Of a DNA stretch of 64,000 bases, positions 37,680 through 47,519 are shown piece after piece. The translations under genes and the position numbers were made by a program. The DNA comes from Cyanobacteria bacterium P01_A01_bin.123. GTDB taxonomy: Bacteria > Cyanobacteriota > Cyanobacteriia > Phormidesmidales > Phormidesmidaceae. Position 1 is the stretch's first letter. Every line of letters starts with the position of its first letter. The notes below the pieces were generated by a model. It was not told where the DNA came from, did not search any database, and saw only the letters and a program-made list of their open reading frames with translations. The stretch spans positions 32,001-96,000 of the forward strand of contig JBCBZT010000013.1 in assembly GCA_039815185.1 (NCBI GenBank). Reading direction: 5' to 3'.

Positions 37680-39743
37680 ATGTCTCTACTCGCGCTAAAT
37701 GTAACTAATGTGCGTCTTGCCCTAGAGTGTCCCCGGCTATTTTATTTGGGGCACCACGAAGGGGGTACAACCGTATTTCGATCCCCCTCTGAGGGCATGG
37801 GCATCGGCACCGCGTTTCATCAGGTGTCGGCAGACTGTGTGCGATCGCTCCTGCAAGACCCTAACCTCAAGCAACGACTTGAACCCGCTGTCTCCTCTGC
37901 AGCCGCAGGCCGACAGCGATCGCAGAAATTGTCTCAATGGCTGCGATCGCATCTGTATAAAACCGTCTTCTTCCCCTATCTGCAAAGCATCATCCGCACC
38001 GATGCCAGTCGAGCCAAAGCGATGGAAACCCTATGGCAAGCCCTGGGTCGTTTGGTAGATCGGTGGGCTACGTTGCTGGTGAACAACCGTCGGTTTTGCC
38101 CTGCGGCTGAAGTCGTCGGCAAAACCTTCATTGCCCAAGAACTCAGCGTTGATCATACCTTTACCCTACCCGATGGCAGCGCCCAACCCGTGCAGGGACG
38201 GCTTGACTGCCTGGTATACGACTTCGCCCATCGTCGCCTGTGCGTGGTGGAATACAAAACCTACCGCACTCCCGACAGTGCGCCCCAACTGGCTCAGGTC
38301 GCTCTCTACAGCAAACTGCTGCAATCACGAGTTGGCGTCCCGATTAACGCTGCCCTCTACAGCGTTTTACCCGATTGGCAAGAGCGCGCTTTCGTCTGGG
38401 AAGCACTAGAAGACTCCTGGAACCAGCTCATTCCCCAACGGTTGCAACTCATGCAGCAGTGGTTAACCTGGCACCCCGGCCAGCCCGATCCACCCCCAGA
38501 AACCCGCTACAAACATCTCTGCGACCTCTGCCCCCAACAGCAAAAATGCCAGCACTATTTTGCCAATCCAACCCTAAAAAGCCCACAACAACTAGACTTG
38601 CTCTCCCAACTTCACCCGAGTGGTGCTCGTAAGAAACGCGATCGCTCCCCCTCTCCCCCTCCCCCCCTCCCCCCCTCTCCTCACCCAACCGCCCCCGATC
38701 AAATCAACGCGATCGCCCTAAAACTCGTTCGCACCCTGCGCGCCTTCAACATTGGTGTGGATGCCCAAGGTACCGCGATCGCCCCGGCATTCATTCGCGT
38801 CAAGCTCAAACCCCAACTGGGTGTGAAGGTCAACTCGATTTTGAAGCTAACCGATGATTTGCGGGTGCAGTTGGGCCTCACCGCGCCACCCATGATTGCG
38901 CCGCAAGCCGGTTACGTCAGTGTCGACTTGCCCCGCCCCGATCGGCAAACCGCTGTGTTTGATTACTATGTTTCCGCTCAAGTGCTATCTCCTACCGCAC
39001 CCGTACAGATTGCCATTGGCGTCGATCTAGAAGGCAATCTAGTGGAAGCCGATCTCTCAGATGCCAATACCTGCCACTTTTTAGTCGGGGGGACGACGGG
39101 CAGTGGTAAAAGCGAATTTCTGCGATCGCTGTTGTTGAGCCTACTGGTGCGCCATTCTCCAGAAATGCTGCAAATTGCCCTGGTCGATCCCAAGCGCGTC
39201 ACCTTTCCTGAATTTGAAACTATGCCTTGGCTGCTAGAGCCAATTGTGAAAGATTCCGAGGGCGCGATCGCGCTGATGACCACCCTGATGGATGAAATGG
39301 ATCGGCGCTACCAGCGCTTTGAACAAAGTCGCTGCGCTGACCTCAGCCGCTACAACCAGCAGGCCAAAACCCCCATGCCCCGCATCGTCTGTATTTTTGA
39401 CGAGTACGCCGATCTTATGTCTGAAAAAGAAAGCAAGGCCGCGATCGAACAAAGTATCAAGCGCCTCGGGGCCATGGCTCGCGCCGCCGGCATTCACCTG
39501 ATCATCGCCACTCAACGCCCCGATGCCAAAGTCGTGACGCCCCTAATCCGCTCCAATTTGCCAGGACGAGTCGCCCTACGCACCGCTAGCGATGCCGATT
39601 CAGCTATCATTTTGGGTGGCAAACAGGGGGACGCCGTCAATCTGCTGGGGAAAGGCGACCTGCTCTACTTGAAGGGGGCACAGCTTTTGCGACTGCAAAG
39701 TCTATTTGCTCCCCAGATCGTCTTACAACAAATCGAAAAATGA
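37680..39743 (+). CDS. PD-(D/E)XK (Cas4/AddB-like) nuclease fused to an FtsK/SpoIIIE ATPase
   Basis: ECPR, GRLD..VVEYKT..QVALY, CDLC.....C; then HFLVGGTTGSGKS, LVDPKRV, IFDEYADL, ARAAGIHLIIATQRP, LLGKGDLL. Confidence 0.9.
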   Translation: MSLLALNVTNVRLALECPRLFYLGHHEGGTTVFRSPSEGMGIGTAFHQVSADCVRSLLQDPNLKQRLEPAVSSAAAGRQRSQKLSQWLRSHLYKTVFFPYLQSIIRTDASRAKAMETLWQALGRLVDRWATLLVNNRRFCPAAEVVGKTFIAQELSVDHTFTLPDGSAQPVQGRLDCLVYDFAHRRLCVVEYKTYRTPDSAPQLAQVALYSKLLQSRVGVPINAALYSVLPDWQERAFVWEALEDSWNQLIPQRLQLMQQWLTWHPGQPDPPPETRYKHLCDLCPQQQKCQHYFANPTLKSPQQLDLLSQLHPSGARKKRDRSPSPPPPLPPSPHPTAPDQINAIALKLVRTLRAFNIGVDAQGTAIAPAFIRVKLKPQLGVKVNSILKLTDDLRVQLGLTAPPMIAPQAGYVSVDLPRPDRQTAVFDYYVSAQVLSPTAPVQIAIGVDLEGNLVEADLSDANTCHFLVGGTTGSGKSEFLRSLLLSLLVRHSPEMLQIALVDPKRVTFPEFETMPWLLEPIVKDSEGAIALMTTLMDEMDRRYQRFEQSRCADLSRYNQQAKTPMPRIVCIFDEYADLMSEKESKAAIEQSIKRLGAMARAAGIHLIIATQRPDAKVVTPLIRSNLPGRVALRTASDADSAIILGGKQGDAVNLLGKGDLLYLKGAQLLRLQSLFAPQIVLQQIEK

Positions 39744-39756
39744 TGGCTACCCATGA

Positions 39757-40887
39757 TCACCCCTGCAAAAACATCAGCACTTCTTGAATAAAGCGATCGC
39801 GTCCCCGTTCCGGTCGATCATTAAACAAGTAGTGCGTTGCATCGGGAACAGTGACCGTTCGCACCGCTGGCGCATTGACAAGCGCCACAGCCAGCGCCGA
39901 TAAATCTTCTGGCCGCGACCAAAAATCTAGCTCTCCCCGGATCACCAGCGTCGGCGTCCGAATGTCCTCGGCATCCCAATATTGATACCCCTGGGCCAGG
40001 TTAAAGCTTTCTTCTCGATAAGCAGTTGGAATGCGGGCACTGGGTGGCGTGCGTGTTTGACTGGTGGGATCTAGCGCTACCGCCGTGCAGGCATAGGCGT
40101 CTGCCACAGCGGGATTCCGCCACTGGGTTTTGTCCTCAGTTGGAATAGAGTTGTCCCACCCCCGCAGAAATCCGTCGTAGTCCACCAGGCGGTAAGCCCC
40201 TCCATTTGGGTCAAAACTAGCGGGGTTGTTGGGATCTGCAAATCGTTCAGTCAAGGACCAAGGCGCAGCTACCCCATAGAGGCTGTTCAGCATCACCAGA
40301 TGGCTCACTGCTCCGTTGTTTTGAGTGGTATATAACCCAGCCCAATGTCCGCCTGTGGCCCAACCGACTAGGGCAACGCTGGACTGCCCGCTGCGATCGC
40401 GAATCCAATCCACCACTGCACCAATATCACGCGTGGCCTCGTCAGCAGTAACAGCAGGCGGATTACGATCGGCAGGTTCATCCAATGCCCGGGGTCGACT
40501 TGAAGCCTCCCACCCGCGCACATTCATGATGTAAACCCAATGACCTGCTTGAGCCAACTCTGCCGCCAGCGAATAGCCCGGAACACTCAGGTCAAAAGAG
40601 GCGATTCCACCAGGCCCACCCCCATGGATTAAGAGAATAGGCACCCCAGTCGGGGCTGAACTCGGTACCAATTCCCTTACAAAAATCTCTACCCCCGCAT
40701 CACTTTCAACCCAAAAATCGGCACGAGACACGGTCACATTAGGGGGGCTAGCTTGGCTAATCGTTGATGAAACAGGACAATGCCCAGCCGCCACCGCCCA
40801 GCCTTCAAGATTCCCGTTGGCTACCGTCAGCACGCCTGTTGTACATAACAGGAATCCCCATTGGCAAAGTTTTTGATCAAACGCCAT
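39757..40887 (-). CDS. Exported alpha/beta hydrolase
   Basis: LLIHGG, LVGWATGG (canonical nucleophile Ser appears replaced by Ala), RGELD, ATHY. Confidence 0.85.
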   Translation of the reverse strand: MAFDQKLCQWGFLLCTTGVLTVANGNLEGWAVAAGHCPVSSTISQASPPNVTVSRADFWVESDAGVEIFVRELVPSSAPTGVPILLIHGGGPGGIASFDLSVPGYSLAAELAQAGHWVYIMNVRGWEASSRPRALDEPADRNPPAVTADEATRDIGAVVDWIRDRSGQSSVALVGWATGGHWAGLYTTQNNGAVSHLVMLNSLYGVAAPWSLTERFADPNNPASFDPNGGAYRLVDYDGFLRGWDNSIPTEDKTQWRNPAVADAYACTAVALDPTSQTRTPPSARIPTAYREESFNLAQGYQYWDAEDIRTPTLVIRGELDFWSRPEDLSALAVALVNAPAVRTVTVPDATHYLFNDRPERGRDRFIQEVLMFLQG

Positions 40888-40994
40888 ATTGATTTCGCTT
40901 AGCGCCTTAATAGACCTCTATTTGGCACCATAAAAGCAACGGTTATGACTGTCCAACACATCTTGAGTCTGCTATTCACACCCAAAAGGTTCAA

Positions 40995-41888
40995 ATGGAG
41001 CTACGCCATCTGCGCTATTTCATAGCAGTCGCGGAAGAACTGCATTTTGGTCGTGCCGCCCAGCGGTTGCACATCGCTCAGCAGCCCCTCAGCCGCCAAA
41101 TTCGCAATTTAGAAGACGAATTAGCAACCCTACTCTTTCATCGCACTAAGCGAACCGTTCGATTAACTGAGGCTGGCCAAGCATTTCTGTATGAAGCCCA
41201 GAAAACCCTTGCTCAAGCTGAACATGCGATCGCGATCGCCCAACGGATCGGTCGGGGTGAAGCCGGACACTTACAGGTTGGGTTTACTGGCCCTATTCTC
41301 AACAGCGTTTTGCCAATGGTTGTGCGGCAATTCAAACAAAGATTTCCAGATATTCATCTCACGCTAAAACGCCTGCAAACGAATGAGCAAGTCAAAGCCT
41401 TACTAGATGGAGAACTCCACGTTGGCCTACTTCACCCACCCATTGAAACACCGCTGCTCCTACAGGACGTGATTTACCGCGAACCCTTAATTGCAGCCCT
41501 ACCCGACAGTCATCCTTTAGCCATAGATGCCCCTCACCCCATCTCTGTGAAAAATCTTGCTAACGAACCCTTTATCCTGTTTCCGAGACAAGTTGGGCCT
41601 ATTTTGTATGACGCCATCATTAGCTTTTGCCAACAGGCAGGCTTTAGCCCAAATGTGATTCAAGAAGCCTTTCCTCAACAAACGATTCTGGGTCTAGTTG
41701 CAGGTAGCCTGGGCGTTTCATTACTCCATGCTTCGAGTCAACATATCCGACAGCAAGGCGTTACGGTTAGACCCCTCTTAGAAGCCACCCCCATCCTTGA
41801 ATCGGCGATCGCGTGGCATTCAGATGTGACTCACCCGGCAGTGCCTCGATTTCTCAAGACTGTTAGGGAGCTTGCCGATCGGTTCTAG
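40995..41888 (+). CDS. LysR family transcriptional regulator
   Basis: MELRHLRYFIAVAEELHFGRAAQRLHIAQQPLSRQI; divergent from the hydrolase. Confidence 0.96.
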   Translation: MELRHLRYFIAVAEELHFGRAAQRLHIAQQPLSRQIRNLEDELATLLFHRTKRTVRLTEAGQAFLYEAQKTLAQAEHAIAIAQRIGRGEAGHLQVGFTGPILNSVLPMVVRQFKQRFPDIHLTLKRLQTNEQVKALLDGELHVGLLHPPIETPLLLQDVIYREPLIAALPDSHPLAIDAPHPISVKNLANEPFILFPRQVGPILYDAIISFCQQAGFSPNVIQEAFPQQTILGLVAGSLGVSLLHASSQHIRQQGVTVRPLLEATPILESAIAWHSDVTHPAVPRFLKTVRELADRF

Positions 41889-41915
41889 GTATTTCGGTTC
41901 GATATCTTCCTATGG

Positions 41916-42575
41916 CTATTTCTCTACTTCAATCTGAGCGCACATCGGTTTTAGAGGACACCTCCGGCACTTAGGAAAGCGACCTTGGCAGATGTGTTTG
42001 CCAAAGGGTACGAGCAGTTGATTAATTTCCACCCAATAGGCTTTGGGGAGCTTTGTCTCTAGCGCTTTCATCGTTTTCTCGGGGGTTTTGGTCTCCACAT
42101 ATCCCCAACGATTCGTCACGCGATGCACATGGATATCTACGCTAATGCAGGGATGTCCCAAAGCTACCCCCAAGGCCAGATGGGCACATTTGGGCCCGAC
42201 GCCTTTGAATTGGGTCAGCACTTCAACATCAGCAGGCAGTTCTCCATTGAAATCACTCAGAATCTGCTGGGAAATTTGACGAATTTGCTCGGCCTTATTT
42301 TCTGGAAAGGTGGCGTCGCGGATCAGCGCCAAAATCTCTGCCACGCTTAACGTGACCGTTTCTGCTGGGGTGCGGGCACGGGCAAACAGCTTGTGAGCAA
42401 CGGGTACACTAACTTCGTCGTAAGTGCGAATCGAGATGATGCAAGCTATCAACTGTTCGTAGAGCGAATCAAACCCTTCATCTGCCAGTTGAAACATGGC
42501 GGCCTTTGGGAAGGGCTTTACGGCCTCTCGCAATAGGGGGATGGCTTTGTCGATGTCAAAGGTAGAGGGGGTCAA
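41916..42575 (-). CDS. nth: Endonuclease III family (HhH-GPD) DNA glycosylase
   Basis: GVGPKCA HhH, VDIHVHRV, C-x6-C-x2-C-x5-C Fe-S motif. Confidence 0.85.
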   Translation of the reverse strand: MTPSTFDIDKAIPLLREAVKPFPKAAMFQLADEGFDSLYEQLIACIISIRTYDEVSVPVAHKLFARARTPAETVTLSVAEILALIRDATFPENKAEQIRQISQQILSDFNGELPADVEVLTQFKGVGPKCAHLALGVALGHPCISVDIHVHRVTNRWGYVETKTPEKTMKALETKLPKAYWVEINQLLVPFGKHICQGRFPKCRRCPLKPMCAQIEVEK

Positions 42576-42856
42576 GGCAGAAAGGATAGAACACCAGTTC
42601 TATGATGACGCAGTTGAATGCTTTTGCTTAGAGCAGGGGGGGGTTATTGTGCGATCGCGCTCGATAAGATTAGAACTCACATAATCCTAGTTACCTTATA
42701 CTTTTGAGCCCTGGGCTTGTCTTCCATTTTTATTATTTTTTGGAGTTGCCATCCAGTAAAAAAAGTTGCTGTATAACCACATAAAGCAAACAGCATGATT
42801 ATCGAGAGGTTTATAACTCTAAAGTGATTCATAGTGTCCTTTTGACAAATCGCATC

Positions 42857-43378
42857 TTAAAACCGCTTTAAATCATGCTGATTGGATACTTCGCGGCTAT
42901 ACTTCTCTTCAAACTCTTGAAAGCTACTAACAAAAGACCAAAGACTAGCTATATATTCAAACTCTTGTTCAAAACACTCCTGAAATGCAGGTATGTCAGT
43001 AGCATATTCACAATTCCGGCTAAGCATCACTAGCCAGTTTGGATATCCTAGATCATTACAAAGTCTTGTGAACTTGCAATCTAGAGACTTAATAGTTTCA
43101 GATTTGCTTAAATATTTTTGATAGAGTTCGACAATATGTTTGCCAATTATAAGTTGTTCATCTAATGTGGATAAGTTGCAATATTTTTCAAGAACAGCTC
43201 TGGTAAGTGGTAACACCTCTTCTCGTTTTGTTGCCGCTGCCAAAAGTATAATATCGAGGTCATTTTCCTCTTGATCAAGCTGCAATCTTTCAATGGCCCA
43301 ATCAATACAGACTTTAGGCTCATGAAGCCCGACTTTATGGAGAACGTAAATTTCTTGGAGTTGTTCGATGGCTTCCAT
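42857..43378 (-). CDS. Hypothetical AT-rich protein (immunity-protein-like)
   Basis: 173 aa, acidic, IDWAIERL and SRNCEYATD; composition differs from flanks. Confidence 0.65.
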   Translation of the reverse strand: MEAIEQLQEIYVLHKVGLHEPKVCIDWAIERLQLDQEENDLDIILLAAATKREEVLPLTRAVLEKYCNLSTLDEQLIIGKHIVELYQKYLSKSETIKSLDCKFTRLCNDLGYPNWLVMLSRNCEYATDIPAFQECFEQEFEYIASLWSFVSSFQEFEEKYSREVSNQHDLKRF

Positions 43379-43512
43379 CTAACCTATACAGCTAATTCAT
43401 TGTTAGACAATAAGGCGTATTGTCATCATATCCCTCAGGCAGTTCTGAACCTCTATAAATCCGTGCCGGAAAACTTTTGTCATTGGGAATTCAATTGGCA
43501 TCACCGCGTAGG

Positions 43513-44652
43513 TCAATCTTCTTGAAGGAACGGTAGATCAGGTAAATGATCACGACCCAAGGGCTGACCTGTATCACTTCTGTCGAGAGACATTGGAATG
43601 AATGAGCTTCTGATTGGAAAGCCCATCTCAATATTTTGTTCCCGACAGCGTTTATGTAATCGCTTAAGAAACTCGTGCCTGACAACCAGATGATCGTAAT
43701 ATTCTCGAATGCGCAGATAGACAGTCATGTCGATCGCAAATTCCCCAAATTCTTTAAACCGAATCCAAGGTTCAGAATTGGGCACCCCCCCTTCAACTTC
43801 GTTCATCACTTGATTAGCAATTTCAAGGGCGACCTGTTCAACCTGATCGAGATCGGCGTTATAGCTAATTCCTACTTCCAGAACAATTAGTGCTTCTTTG
43901 CTCGGTAGACCATAATTTTTGAAGACATTGTTGAGGATTTGGGCATTCGGTACCACTACCATATTGTCTCGAATGTCCTGCAAAATTGTGTGCCGCCATG
44001 CGATGTCAACCACGTAGCCTTCTTCTCCAGAAGCAATCTGGATATAGTCACCGACTCGAATTTTATTTGAGGTAGCCAGGTTGAGTCCTGAGAGGAAGTT
44101 GGTTAGGGTACTTTGAAAGGCTAGACCAAGAGAGACACCACCAATTCCCAGTGCAGTCAATAGAGGTGTAATAGCAATGCCTAGAGATTGCAGAATAATC
44201 AGCACACCCAATGTAAAAATCACAATTCGGGTGAGCATTTCAAATAAAGAGGTAAGACTACCTGCACCCTTCGTTTCGCTAAAGTAGCGGACGAAACCAA
44301 CGGCTAAGCGGGCAAAAATTAAGGTGCCGGAGGCAAGCGCGACAGCGAGTAGCCCTTTTTGTAAGGTAATCAGAAGGTTAGTGTCGATAGGCAGGGTCAG
44401 GATGGCTGCATAGACCCCACCGAGGACAAACCATAGGAGAATCAGCCCCCTCAGTGAATTGATAATGACATCAGCCCCACCCCATCCGATTTTTGCAGCC
44501 GCCATCTGAAGCCGCTTCAGCCCTTGACGCTCAACAACAAAGCCCAGAATAACGGTGCCTAAGATAACAACGACCGGAACAATTACACGGAAAATGTTGG
44601 TAAGGGTAAGGGATTCAAGCGCTTGGTTCACGATGTTTAGAGATCGATGCAA
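43513..44652 (-). CDS. MscS family mechanosensitive ion channel
   Basis: TALGIGGVSLGLAFQSTLTNF, IRVGDYI, VPN, VGISYNADL. Confidence 0.93.
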   Translation of the reverse strand: MHRSLNIVNQALESLTLTNIFRVIVPVVVILGTVILGFVVERQGLKRLQMAAAKIGWGGADVIINSLRGLILLWFVLGGVYAAILTLPIDTNLLITLQKGLLAVALASGTLIFARLAVGFVRYFSETKGAGSLTSLFEMLTRIVIFTLGVLIILQSLGIAITPLLTALGIGGVSLGLAFQSTLTNFLSGLNLATSNKIRVGDYIQIASGEEGYVVDIAWRHTILQDIRDNMVVVPNAQILNNVFKNYGLPSKEALIVLEVGISYNADLDQVEQVALEIANQVMNEVEGGVPNSEPWIRFKEFGEFAIDMTVYLRIREYYDHLVVRHEFLKRLHKRCREQNIEMGFPIRSSFIPMSLDRSDTGQPLGRDHLPDLPFLQED

Positions 44653-44825
44653 GGGGTAGCATCCTAGAGGAATGCTTCAATAGATACCGCGATCGCCGAT
44701 TGTTGGCAAGTTACAAATACCACGCTCCGTAATCCTAGAAACCATTACAGACGGTTGCCATTTTTTACTTCACCGCCTCGCTCCAAATGCTTGGTCGCTC
44801 CGTTGTCAACTTCAAATAAGACAAC

Positions 44826-45224
44826 TCAAGGGATTGAATCAACATGTCGTACTTGAATTTCTCTATATTCCAGGAGTAAATACACCAAACCCAATAGTGC
44901 CCCACCAAAAATTAAAAAACTGGAGAGCATAGACGAAAACTCATAATTACGATGGCTCATAAACAAGATATGTAATCCCCCATGAGCGATTAAGAAAATA
45001 CCGATTCCTAAACGGCTCCGAATACGCATTTTTTCATTGTGACTGGATACTAGGGCGATCAAAATAGCAAACAAGGGAATATGCATAAGGATAAAGGCAA
45101 TCATTCCTACCTCATCCGATAACCAACTTGTCAATGGCAATATACGCCACTCGTGATTGGGCATCGCGTCCAATTCATGGGTGAACAAAGTCCCCATCCC
45201 CAAGTAAAAGGCTATATTCTTCAT
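44826..45224 (-). CDS. Small membrane protein (DUF6713-like)
   Basis: THELDA..HEWRILP, HIPL, HGGLH. Confidence 0.75.
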   Translation of the reverse strand: MKNIAFYLGMGTLFTHELDAMPNHEWRILPLTSWLSDEVGMIAFILMHIPLFAILIALVSSHNEKMRIRSRLGIGIFLIAHGGLHILFMSHRNYEFSSMLSSFLIFGGALLGLVYLLLEYREIQVRHVDSIP

Positions 45225-45421
45225 CTTCCATTAACCCTATTCGGTAGCAGCAAGTTCTCACGAGGGCGATTAGGCTGAGAGTTTTGGCGTGGTCGCCGCG
45301 CTTACCTCACTCTATTCTGCGTTACTTGGCTCCCAACCCTTAAGCTTCTGTACAGTGCTAGCCTAAGGAGCAGGCGATCGCACCGCGATCCCTATTCGCT
45401 CCCCTACAGTCAAAACGTTCA

Positions 45422-46267
45422 ATGTGTCGATTACTGGGTTACTTGGGGCCATCCGTCTCCCTAGAGCATTTGCTCTATAAACCTGATCACTCCCTAATTG
45501 TGCAAAGCTACCAGCCCCGCGAGCTAGAAGTCGCCTTGCTCAATGCCGACGGCTTTGGGGTGGGCTGGTATCACCCCCAACGCAAAACCGCCCCCTTCAA
45601 TTACCGCAATACTCTACCCATTTGGAACGACGTTAACCTACCCCAGCTAAGCCGCTATATCGAGTCCAACTGTGTGCTGGCCTATATCCGCAGCGCCACG
45701 CCAGGACTAGCCATCGACATGAGCAACTGTCAGCCCTTTCAGCACGGCGCACTGACGTTCATTCACAACGGCTTTATTGAAAACTTTCGCCAGACGCTGT
45801 ATCGCCCCCTGCGCGATCGCTTGTGTGATACCGCCTATCACGCTATCCACGGCTTAACCGACTCAGAACATATCTTTGCCCTGCTGCTGCACGAACTAGA
45901 AACCCAACCGGGATGCTCCTTAGAAATGGCATTGAACCGGACGCTAATTCAATTAGCCAAACTAGCTGAGGAATACAACACCCGAATCGCCGCTAATATT
46001 CTGATTAGCGATGGCGATCGCTTGGTGGCCTGCCGCTTTGATACCCAGGATGATGGCCCATCATTCTACTGGCTGAGACATGCTCCTGGCCTACCCGATT
46101 CCGTCTTGTTCGCTTCAGAGCCTTTGTTTGAAGCGGATTGGGTGTCCTGTGCCCCGGCAACGATTTTTAGTGTTGATCGCAGCCTGGTGGTCAAACAACA
46201 GGCCCTTAATGCCCAGTCTACTGGAGCCCACAGCGTTGAATCTGCATCTCAAAGGAGCTTAGTGTGA
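45422..46267 (+). CDS. egtC: Ergothioneine biosynthesis protein EgtC (class II glutamine amidotransferase)
   Basis: MCRLLGY, NADGFGVGW, RSAT, TDSE, ASEP; clustered with egtB and egtD. Confidence 0.92.
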   Translation: MCRLLGYLGPSVSLEHLLYKPDHSLIVQSYQPRELEVALLNADGFGVGWYHPQRKTAPFNYRNTLPIWNDVNLPQLSRYIESNCVLAYIRSATPGLAIDMSNCQPFQHGALTFIHNGFIENFRQTLYRPLRDRLCDTAYHAIHGLTDSEHIFALLLHELETQPGCSLEMALNRTLIQLAKLAEEYNTRIAANILISDGDRLVACRFDTQDDGPSFYWLRHAPGLPDSVLFASEPLFEADWVSCAPATIFSVDRSLVVKQQALNAQSTGAHSVESASQRSLV

Positions 46268-47454
46268 CCTTCGTTGAATCATCTGTTGACCGTTTTGGCC
46301 CCCCTCAGATTTCATCGACTTCCCGCAGTTTCTTAAAACAAGCCTTCACCGATTGCCGCCGTATGACCCTGGACATGGTGCAAGACTGCAATCGTGTCAC
46401 CCTCTACACCCAAGCTCATCCAGATTTCAGCCCCATTGGCTGGCATTTGGGCCACATTGCCTTTACCGAATCACTGTGGATCTTAGAACAGTTGGCGAGT
46501 CAACCCTGTCCGTTCCCTCAATATCGTCGATTATTCGCCGCTGACGGCTTGCCCAAAGCCGAGCGAGAAAAGTTGCCGGAATTAGCTGAGATTTTTGATT
46601 TCCTATCCACAGTCCGGCAACACGTATGGGATTATCTCGCGATCGCGCCTCTAGAACCTGCCCAATTACGCCTATGGCATTGGTTATTGCAGCATGAAAG
46701 CCAGCATGGCGAAACCATGGCCATGGTGATGGCCATGCATGGAGTGGGGGATCAGGGGTTAGGTAGGGACGCGATTCAGAATCCTGTGGATACGCTCCGC
46801 GAACGCATTCCCACAGACAGGAATTCCGACATCATGATTCAAATCCCAGCCGGGGAATTTGAGATGGGATATGGGGGTATTGATGCCATCGACAACGAGC
46901 GGCCAGTGCAACGGGTAACGGTAGACGCGTTTCAGATTGATCGGGCCTTGGTAACCCAGACTGCCTATCGCCAATTCATTGCCGCAGGGGGATACGATAA
47001 TGCCCAATGGTGGACGCCCGAAGGATGGGCCTGGTGCCAACAGGCACAGGTCAGACAACCGCTGTATTGGCGGGATGAGCCGGCTGACGATGCCCGCCCG
47101 GTTTGCGGCGTGAGTTGGTATGAAGCCGATGCCTATGCTCGGTTTATGGGTAAGCGGTTACCGACAGAAGCCGAGTGGGAGAAAGCCGCAAAGTGGGCGA
47201 TCGCGCAGGGGGATGAAACGGACTTCTTAGGCGATCGCTGGCAGTGGACAAACGCCTGGTTTGAACCCTACCCAAATTTTCAACCCTACCCTTATAAAGG
47301 CTATTCTCGGGTCTATTTTGATCAGGCTCACCGAGTGATGCGGGGCGGCAGTTGGGTCACGCGGCCTTGGTCGTTGCGGGCAACCTTTCGCAATTGGTAC
47401 CACCCCCATATGCAGCAAATGTTTACCGGCATCCGCTGCGCCCAGTCAATCTAA
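46264..47454 (+). CDS. egtB: Ergothioneine biosynthesis sulfoxide synthase EgtB (DinB + FGE-sulfatase)
   Basis: SPIGWHLGH, QHESQH, RLPTEAEWEKAA, RGGSW, FRNWY. Confidence 0.88.
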   Translation: MTFVESSVDRFGPPQISSTSRSFLKQAFTDCRRMTLDMVQDCNRVTLYTQAHPDFSPIGWHLGHIAFTESLWILEQLASQPCPFPQYRRLFAADGLPKAEREKLPELAEIFDFLSTVRQHVWDYLAIAPLEPAQLRLWHWLLQHESQHGETMAMVMAMHGVGDQGLGRDAIQNPVDTLRERIPTDRNSDIMIQIPAGEFEMGYGGIDAIDNERPVQRVTVDAFQIDRALVTQTAYRQFIAAGGYDNAQWWTPEGWAWCQQAQVRQPLYWRDEPADDARPVCGVSWYEADAYARFMGKRLPTEAEWEKAAKWAIAQGDETDFLGDRWQWTNAWFEPYPNFQPYPYKGYSRVYFDQAHRVMRGGSWVTRPWSLRATFRNWYHPHMQQMFTGIRCAQSI

Positions 47455-47519
47455 GTCCTCCTTAAGGGAACGTTCATCCGTAAGTGTCAGAATAGTAGCG
47501 ATCCCCTGACAAAATAACT

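Noticed and set aside
37680..38570. cas4 of a CRISPR-Cas locus
   Set aside because: The domain is fused to FtsK, and no cas1, cas2 or array is present in the window.
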